Shown here one piece after another: positions 57,204 through 64,000 of a DNA stretch of 64,000 bases. Each line of letters starts with the position of its first letter. Within the stretch, counting starts at the first letter, position 1. A program made the translations under genes and the position numbers. The notes below the pieces were generated by a model, which searched no databases, was not told the DNA's origin, and saw nothing but the letters and a program-made list of their open reading frames with translations. The DNA is from Candidatus Atabeyarchaeum deiterrae (GTDB lineage Archaea > Asgardarchaeota > Atabeyarchaeia > Atabeyarchaeales > Atabeyarchaeaceae), in assembly GCA_037310415.1 (NCBI GenBank), contig CP147780.1, forward strand, positions 2,144,001-2,208,000, read 5' to 3'.

Positions 57204-58688
57204 TCAGCCTTTTCGTTGTAGAGTGGAGGACAGCTTTCTGTACTTTTCCAGTGTTTCTCTGAGGACTCCGTTTCGTACTGCAATGTCCTTGTAGACCTCT
57301 GCGCTAGGTCGGGGTGAGCGTTTGAGGGTTTTGTAGTCAACCTCAACTAGTCCGAACCTTTTGCTGAATCCTGAGTCCCATTCGAAGTTGTCGATTAGTG
57401 ACCAGTAGTAGTATGCCTGGACATCCGCTCCTTCTTGGATTGCCTTGTGAACTTGCTCGAGGTGTAGCACTATGGACATGGCTCTTAGATTGTCGTCCCT
57501 TACTGCGATTCCATTCTCTGTTATGTAGATGGGTTTGTGGTAGCCTTGTAGCCACTTGATGATTTGGTAGAGTCCTTGAGGGTATATTTCGTAGCCCATA
57601 TCAGTTACGCCAAACGAATCATTCCTAGTGAGTGGCTTGTCTGTCTCCAAGACCTCTCTGGCTCCAGCCTTTACTAGCATACGGCTGTAGTAGTTGAATC
57701 CGATGAAATCCCAGGCATCCTTGATGATCGCGACAGACTCTCCACTGCCCATAGGCGGGTTGACCTTTCCTGTTCTTAGGGCGTCCATGAAGGAGGCATT
57801 GTAGAATTGATGAAGAAAACGTGCTTCATTCTGATCCTTCGTGGACTTCTCATCATAGGCTTGAAAGTACTCAGTGTCCTTGACAGTGCCCACTTTTGGT
57901 GCGCTCTTGGTCCGGTTCTTCCCGAGAGTATCGTGGACAGTATGGTATGCCTCAGCGTGCGCCAGCAGCATATGTCTGAGAACACTTTGATATTTCGTCA
58001 AGTCACTCTCACATGGAGGGAATTTGCCAAGCATGTAGGAGGCAGATGCGTATGCTGTAGGTTCATTAATGGGCGTCCACAGATTGACCAAGTCACCCAG
58101 CTGTTCAGCAAGATATGAGGCGTAGTGTCTGAAGAACTCAATCGAGGACTGGTCAACCCAGCCACCCCTGGATTCCATCCAAAGAGGGTTCGTGAAATGG
58201 TGCAGCGTGAGCAGAGGCTCCAATCCTCGTTTTCTCACAGCTCTCAAAACGTTGCGGTAGTGTTCAACTTCCTTTGGATTCCACTGGCCTCGCTGGGGTT
58301 CAATCCGAGCCCATTCCACTGAGAACCGAAAAGTGTTGTGCCCGAACTCTCTTGCGAGGTCAAGATCTTTTTCATAAAGATGGTAGAAGTCGGCTGCTCT
58401 CCCACAGACTGACCCGTCTTTTATGTGTCCACCCTCCGACTCCCATTTGTACCATTGGTTATTTTTATTGGCTCCTTCCGTCTGATATGCTGAAATCGCC
58501 GATCCCCATAAGAAGCCCGTGGGGAATCCTATGACTGGTTCTTCCATGGACCGAGTAGGCAAAAGGCTGTGTACACCTCCTATCTCGAGAATGGCTTCAG
58601 AGAGAAAACACGAAATGTTAATGTCTTTGGTAATTGCTCTTAGATTGTGAAGACTTGAGCAGTCAAGCATTATAATCTTTGCCGTCAA
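57204..58688 (-). CDS. GH1 beta-glucosidase/galactosidase; start probably ~58547
   Basis: FLWGSAISAYQTEG, INEP, ITENG, DNFEW. Confidence 0.95.
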   Translation of the reverse strand: MTAKIIMLDCSSLHNLRAITKDINISCFLSEAILEIGGVHSLLPTRSMEEPVIGFPTGFLWGSAISAYQTEGANKNNQWYKWESEGGHIKDGSVCGRAADFYHLYEKDLDLAREFGHNTFRFSVEWARIEPQRGQWNPKEVEHYRNVLRAVRKRGLEPLLTLHHFTNPLWMESRGGWVDQSSIEFFRHYASYLAEQLGDLVNLWTPINEPTAYASASYMLGKFPPCESDLTKYQSVLRHMLLAHAEAYHTVHDTLGKNRTKSAPKVGTVKDTEYFQAYDEKSTKDQNEARFLHQFYNASFMDALRTGKVNPPMGSGESVAIIKDAWDFIGFNYYSRMLVKAGAREVLETDKPLTRNDSFGVTDMGYEIYPQGLYQIIKWLQGYHKPIYITENGIAVRDDNLRAMSIVLHLEQVHKAIQEGADVQAYYYWSLIDNFEWDSGFSKRFGLVEVDYKTLKRSPRPSAEVYKDIAVRNGVLRETLEKYRKLSSTLQRKG

Positions 58689-58715
58689 TCAGCAAAATGG
58701 CGGGTGTTATGAATC

Positions 58716-59723
58716 GTGCATGATTGGAAGTCTTTCTCGAAAGCGGATCCAACATACTGGTTGTTAGAAGATAATAACCCCTCAGTACGTTACTTCACTC
58801 TGACAGACTTGTTAGAAAGAACCAAGAATAACAACGAGGTCATGGAAGCGAGAACGAAAATCATGGAGACTGGCCCTGTCCCCAAAATACTGGCAAGCCA
58901 GAAAAGCGGAGGATATTGGGGAAAACCTGAGGACTTCTATATACGATCAAAATACAAGGGAACAGTCTGGAACCTAATACTTTTGGCAGAACTCGGGGCA
59001 GACGAGAACGATGCAAGAATCAAGAACACTTGTGAGTTCCTTCTCAGGAACTCTCAGGATCGCAAGAGTGGAGGTTTCTCTTATGTAAAAGCAAAAGGTG
59101 GAGGCGGGTTGCATACTGGAGTGATACCTTGTCTGACTGGAAACATGATCTGGAGCATGATCAGATTCGGCTGCCTTGACGACCCTCGCATTAGACGTGG
59201 AATAGACTGGATCACCAAGTTCCAAAGGTTTGACGACAGTGTCGAAGTGTCTCCTCGCGGTTGGCCTTATGATAAGAGGGAGAAATGTTGGGGAACGCAC
59301 ACATGCCACATGGGTGTCGTGAAAGCACTCAAGGCACTTGCAGAGATTCCTGCCGAGCATAGATCCGAACAAGTGAGAAGCACGATTGAAACCGGTGTAG
59401 AGTACCTACTCAAACACCATATTTACAAAAGGAGTCACAATCTCACTCAAGTTTCCAAGCCTCGATGGCTGAAGTTTGGCTTCCCCTTGATGTGGAACAC
59501 TGACGCGTTAGAGATTCTGGGAATACTAGCAGGCTTAGGCTGCAAAGATGAACGAATGCAAGAGGCGATTGAATTAGTCACCTCGAAACAGGACGATCAA
59601 GGCAGATGGAAATTAGATGATGCTTTCGGAGGTCGCTATCTATTCAAGATGGAGCAAATTGGAGAACCGAGCAAGTGGATTACGTTGAATGCTCTCAAAG
59701 CAATCAAGAGCTACTTTGGATAG
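58716..59723 (+). CDS. Prenyltransferase/squalene-cyclase-repeat family protein
   Basis: WLLEDNNPSVRY, Q..GGYW, PCLTGN, KQDDQGRW, SKWITL. Confidence 0.75.
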   Translation: MHDWKSFSKADPTYWLLEDNNPSVRYFTLTDLLERTKNNNEVMEARTKIMETGPVPKILASQKSGGYWGKPEDFYIRSKYKGTVWNLILLAELGADENDARIKNTCEFLLRNSQDRKSGGFSYVKAKGGGGLHTGVIPCLTGNMIWSMIRFGCLDDPRIRRGIDWITKFQRFDDSVEVSPRGWPYDKREKCWGTHTCHMGVVKALKALAEIPAEHRSEQVRSTIETGVEYLLKHHIYKRSHNLTQVSKPRWLKFGFPLMWNTDALEILGILAGLGCKDERMQEAIELVTSKQDDQGRWKLDDAFGGRYLFKMEQIGEPSKWITLNALKAIKSYFG

Positions 59724-59836
59724 AGATGCTCCACGTCTACTCCATTCATCCGTTATGAACTCCTTCCGAGAGTTTTATATTTCAGTGTTGGCATTACAAT
59801 TCAAGTTTCGTTCTCAACCTACCCAGTAGCATTTGA

Positions 59837-61411
59837 TTGTGGTCGTGGTCTGGGTCTGAAATTCGACATGCTACTCACTCGGAGGAATTGTTTTTGGAAC
59901 ATTTGCCAAGTCTCACTGATGAGAGAAAGAGGAAACACGATGACATGTTGAAGAAAGGTCTAAAGATACCCTACTCCTTTAATGTTTCAACAGACATTAA
60001 CAGCATCATCAGCTCATATAGCAGCTTGGCTAATGGCGCTGAGACTGACAGGGTCATTTCCATAGCTGGAATGGTCTCTGCACTCAGAGTCCATGGAAGA
60101 CTCACCTTCGTGGACGTCAGAGACATAACCGGTAAGATACAGATCAATTTTAGGGTTAACGAGCTTGGTGAGGAAGGATATAACACGGTCCAACTTTTCG
60201 ATACTGGTGACTTCATTGGAGTAAATGGACATGTCATGAAAACTCATAAAGGGGAGCTGTCAGTTCTGGCCCATGATTACACCTTGCTTGCAAAATGTCT
60301 GATGCCCCTACCAGGTCCTAGAGACGAGCTAACCATAGAGAAGAGGTACAGGCAGCGGTATCTGGACTTGAAACTCTACCCGGAAGTTAGGCAGAGATTG
60401 ATAACTCGTGGAAGAATAATCACAGCTATGAGAAGTTTCCTTGATTCTCGAGGTTTCACCGAGGTTGAGACACCTGTTCTTCAACCGGTATATGGTGGAG
60501 CGGCAGCGATGCCTTTCATGACGCATTGCAATGCGCTTGACCAAGACATGTACTTGAGCATCTCGCCGGAGTTGTACTTGAAACGATTCATCGTCGGTGG
60601 CATGGAGAAGGTTTACACGATCTGCAAGAACTTTAGAAATGAGGATATTGATGTGATCCATAATCCTGAGTTCACTGAGATGGAGTGCTACCAAGCATAT
60701 GCAGATTACAATGGTATGATGGAGTTAACTGAGCGAATGATAGCTCATATTGCCGAGAAATCGCTTGGAAAAACCAAGGTGGATTATCAAGGCACTGAGA
60801 TAGAGTTGTCGCCCCCTTGGACAAGAATGACGATGGAAGAATCCGTCGAGAAAATAGGCAAGAAAGATGTTCCGGAAGATGCGCAGAGGTTGTCCAAGTT
60901 GGTAGAGACAATTAAATCTGACCATGCACATGGCAGAATTACACTCAAGAAACCAAAGAATTTCACGATACTAGATACCAATCGCGGACTGAATAGGCCC
61001 AACATAATAAACGCATTGTTCGAAGAGTTCGTAGAATCGAAGCTCATTCAACCCACGTTCATTATGGACTACCCTGTTGATGTTTCGCCTCTCACGAGAA
61101 AACACAGAAGCAAGAAGGGATGGGTTGAGAGATTCGAGGGATTCATAGCTGGAATGGAGATCGCGAATGCTTACTCCGAACTCAACGACCCGTTCGACCA
61201 GAGAAGCAGGTTCCTTCAACAAGTTGAAGAGCGAAAGAAGGGAGACGAGGAAGCTAACCCAATGGACGAGGACTTCGTAATTTCGCTAATGTACGGGTTC
61301 CCACCAACAGGGGGGCTCGGAGTAGGACTCGACAGACTAATCATGGTCATGACTGATGCCACATCGATCAAAGATGTCATAATGTTCCCACTGATGAAAC
61401 AACTTGAGTGA
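59837..61411 (+). CDS. lysS: Class II lysyl-tRNA synthetase; start probably ~59888-59894
   Basis: RYRQRYLDL, EVETPVLQ, FRNE...HNPEFT, YGFPPTGGLGVGLDRL. Confidence 0.97.
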   Translation: MWSWSGSEIRHATHSEELFLEHLPSLTDERKRKHDDMLKKGLKIPYSFNVSTDINSIISSYSSLANGAETDRVISIAGMVSALRVHGRLTFVDVRDITGKIQINFRVNELGEEGYNTVQLFDTGDFIGVNGHVMKTHKGELSVLAHDYTLLAKCLMPLPGPRDELTIEKRYRQRYLDLKLYPEVRQRLITRGRIITAMRSFLDSRGFTEVETPVLQPVYGGAAAMPFMTHCNALDQDMYLSISPELYLKRFIVGGMEKVYTICKNFRNEDIDVIHNPEFTEMECYQAYADYNGMMELTERMIAHIAEKSLGKTKVDYQGTEIELSPPWTRMTMEESVEKIGKKDVPEDAQRLSKLVETIKSDHAHGRITLKKPKNFTILDTNRGLNRPNIINALFEEFVESKLIQPTFIMDYPVDVSPLTRKHRSKKGWVERFEGFIAGMEIANAYSELNDPFDQRSRFLQQVEERKKGDEEANPMDEDFVISLMYGFPPTGGLGVGLDRLIMVMTDATSIKDVIMFPLMKQLE

Positions 61412-61593
61412 AGATTGAAAGATTCATTCCTCCAATCATCGCAAAAAAGTAAAAGTATTCCGATCGGCTAGCATAAGCAGAGACCAGAGCATAGAGTTCA
61501 ATCTGGCTTTCCGTTCTTATCCCAAGGCACTTCCACAAACACGGACTGCAAACCGAAAGAAACCGGACCCAAAGATCATTGCGGTAATGGTTT

Positions 61594-62709
61594 ATGTATG
61601 ACAACGTGAGAGTCACTGGCCTAGTGCTTAGGAAGCAGCACCTCGTCCCACTTACTTTTGGCAGCAGACAAAGTGATGTTTTACATATCGCGGATGATGT
61701 CTGCGGCCTCCAATGGGATGATGTGGAAAGAGAGAATCCAGATTGGGCTCTGAGAAACAGGTTCACAGATTACAAAGCCGATTGGCTGGAGAGTAGTATC
61801 AGAGATCGGACGGTTATCGAGTTCAGACTGATGCGCGGTTGTCAGTACCTCGTGCCTTCACGCGAACTGCCCTACTATTACGCCGCAACACGAGAGGTCG
61901 TCAAGAAAACACAGTATGGGAACCTGAAATCAAAACTCTCAAACCAGATCGGCGAAAAGGAGCAGAAAGTTCTTGGTGCTCTGAGACGACATGCTCCTGC
62001 GACTCAAAGTGAACTCATCCGAAGATCAAAAGTCGCTAAGAATGAGTTTCGGGGAGCGTTGCTCAACTTAGACAATCTAGGGTATGTTTTCCGAGTTGGG
62101 TGGAAAGGCAATCAGAACTTATGGCACTCAGCAGAGGAGTGGCTTCCAGAAGTTGACCTGAGAAAGGTGACAAGGGAGGAAGGAGAAGAGTACCTGACAG
62201 TGAAGTTCTTCAAAGCAGCGGGTCCGTCTACGAGACAATGTCTAAGCCAATGGACAGGATGGAGTATCGAAACAGCAAACATGAATCTTGACAGGCTCAT
62301 AAAGAAAGGGACGCTGGTTAAGTTGAACCCGACTCGTCCTGAAAGCCTGATTGCACTGCCAAGGGATATCGATGAACTAGGCAGCTATGCCGACAGAGAC
62401 TCCACCGTTCGATTCCTTTCTCCATTTGATCCCTATCTTTGCATGAGAGGGCACCTACTTTGGTTAGGCGATTTCTATCCAACAAGCGTGGGGATCTATT
62501 CTATGTCAATCGGAGGAATCGTGGCTGCCGCGTTTCGGGTTGTAAGAAGTAAGAAACTATTGTCGATAGCAGGTTCTGAGGTATTTCAGAAGTCTTTGCT
62601 CTCCTCGCGTTCTGCCGAGGTAAGGAGGGAGATAGAGATGCAAGCAACCTCTACCAATAGAAGGGCAAAGCTCTCACCCAAAGTAAGAGCATTGCTGCAG
62701 ACGATCTGA
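61594..62709 (+). CDS. AlkZ/YcaQ-like winged-helix DNA glycosylase (crosslink repair)
   Basis: CGLQWD (QxD), LMRG..YLV, GPST, VRFLSPFDPY. Confidence 0.8.
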   Translation: MYDNVRVTGLVLRKQHLVPLTFGSRQSDVLHIADDVCGLQWDDVERENPDWALRNRFTDYKADWLESSIRDRTVIEFRLMRGCQYLVPSRELPYYYAATREVVKKTQYGNLKSKLSNQIGEKEQKVLGALRRHAPATQSELIRRSKVAKNEFRGALLNLDNLGYVFRVGWKGNQNLWHSAEEWLPEVDLRKVTREEGEEYLTVKFFKAAGPSTRQCLSQWTGWSIETANMNLDRLIKKGTLVKLNPTRPESLIALPRDIDELGSYADRDSTVRFLSPFDPYLCMRGHLLWLGDFYPTSVGIYSMSIGGIVAAAFRVVRSKKLLSIAGSEVFQKSLLSSRSAEVRREIEMQATSTNRRAKLSPKVRALLQTI

Positions 62710-62793
62710 AGACATGTAAATTAAGGGTTGGTGCTCGCATCACTTATTGAAAGAGGCAGGACGCCGAATCCTCAGAAGGCACTTCAATGCAGG

Positions 62794-63999
62794 TTACTTA
62801 TGACTCTTCTTAAAGGATGCAGCCAACAGTTGCTTTGTCCGTCTATGCCTGCTGTACACTGACGCCGCTATCGTGGCCACACCGACACCAATTATGACAG
62901 CAGGATAGATCAGGCTAATGAATATCCCCTGCAAGAAAAAGGCAGTGCCCAGCATGGCGAGAAATGCAACAACTGGTCTCTTATAGAAGACCACGATAAG
63001 GGTACAACATATCAGAACAGCGAAAACAATGAATGCACCGAGTACGAGTGCAAGCAAACTGCAAAGCAACAGCACAGAGTCAAGAGTGAACCCCACGTTG
63101 ATGTCCTTGAAGCCCGGATCCCTTGTCACGTCGTACTTCCAAACGCTATAGATAACAAATGGTGATGCACCAGCAAATAGTATGATTCCGAAGTAAAGAC
63201 CGTTTCCCCCGCCTATTATGAGTATTAGTCCTATCACTGATCCGAGTATTGAACCAATCAGTCCTTGTACCGGAGAGAACTTGTCCATTGCGCTTTGGAA
63301 AGCTTCTGTATGCTCCACATAAAGACCACGAATCCCTGCCACCACGCCGGAGACCACGATGAGCGCAGTGTAAGCCATGTAGTTGAAAAGTACTTGTATT
63401 AAGACGGCTAAGAGTGCTGTAAGACCTATGGTCATAACAGCTCCTCTGTTCATTGCTACTATTATTGAACAACCAAGCAGTACATAGAACATCACACCCT
63501 CTCCCAAGAATAGCATAAGTATCGACGTTAGGAAAATCATCAAGCACACTGTGAGAGCTGGGTCCTGTCGCTTGATTCCAAGATCCCTGGTCCTAACAAC
63601 CTTCACCAAACTGTATGCAGTGAGTAGCACTGCAAATACAAGGATGATGGCACCTTCGAGGATAAGTCCATTGACCAGTGTTTCTACCAGCCCGATTGCC
63701 GCAACAAAGACGGAAGTTACAAGCCCCCTTAGAGGCGACGAGTTCTTAATCCACTTCCAGATGTAACCCCCAGTATCGAGAACGATCAATTCTGCCAACA
63801 CAGGCGCAAACAGGATTATGGCGAACTTCAAAGTAGATATCGGCATAACAAAAATAGCGTAGACCATCACAGCAATGCAAGCGAAAACGAAAACGGTTCT
63901 TAAATGTCGAAGAGGGCTTGCTGAGCTTCCAGAAGGAGTAGATGGTTTCTTCAAACCCTTACCTTTAGATAACAAAGAGAATCCTCCCTTCCACCGCAC
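62794..63999 (-). CDS. Polytopic membrane protein with internal duplication (5' end at window edge)
   Basis: ~12 TM; two SPxxGL...TRDxGxK units. Confidence 0.7.
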   Translation of the reverse strand: MRWKGGFSLLSKGKGLKKPSTPSGSSASPLRHLRTVFVFACIAVMVYAIFVMPISTLKFAIILFAPVLAELIVLDTGGYIWKWIKNSSPLRGLVTSVFVAAIGLVETLVNGLILEGAIILVFAVLLTAYSLVKVVRTRDLGIKRQDPALTVCLMIFLTSILMLFLGEGVMFYVLLGCSIIVAMNRGAVMTIGLTALLAVLIQVLFNYMAYTALIVVSGVVAGIRGLYVEHTEAFQSAMDKFSPVQGLIGSILGSVIGLILIIGGGNGLYFGIILFAGASPFVIYSVWKYDVTRDPGFKDINVGFTLDSVLLLCSLLALVLGAFIVFAVLICCTLIVVFYKRPVVAFLAMLGTAFFLQGIFISLIYPAVIIGVGVATIAASVYSRHRRTKQLLAASFKKSHK

Positions 64000-64000
64000 T

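Noticed and set aside
1-64000. tRNA, rRNA, CRISPR array, intact transposase
   Set aside because: No T-loop/cloverleaf, rRNA motif, regularly spaced repeat or transposase ORF found by eye

Overview
Gene-dense archaeal chromosomal segment (by eye about 46-48% GC) with TATA/BRE-type promoters, GGTGA/GGAGG Shine-Dalgarno sites and T-tract terminators. A longin-domain protein, a V4R protein and a RAD55/KaiC ATPase suggest an Asgard archaeon (inference, not a database result). Most of the ~55 CDS are metabolic or transport genes: GH94-like and GH1 glycoside enzymes, ABC-2, CLC, ArsB/NhaD, DMT, OPT-like, MFS, TauE and NiCoT transporters, IorAB, a molybdopterin oxidoreductase, a CCG protein and an acyl-CoA dehydrogenase. 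There are also tRNA/translation genes (Thg1/TLP, THUMP, AlaX, class II LysRS) and several DNA-repair-type genes. I found no rRNA, intact tRNA or CRISPR array. Signals the gene list does not explain: (1) a ~200-nt, ~62% GC rod-shaped RNA with a terminator/antiterminator-like end, lying between co-oriented THUMP and Thg1-like genes; (2) further structured intergenic RNA candidates at 30.7-30.9 kb, 16.0 kb and 26.3 kb, plus a fluoride-riboswitch-like variant at 17.35 kb; (3) unusual fusions (DMT+Lrp/AsnC, longin+PATAN+wHTH, SPL-like radical SAM+PolX-type HhH, CLC with 4 CBS); (4) a decayed mobile element at 38.5-39.9 kb with an integrase remnant, RelBE and a SWIM pseudogene. All RNA structures were folded by eye and need computational confirmation.
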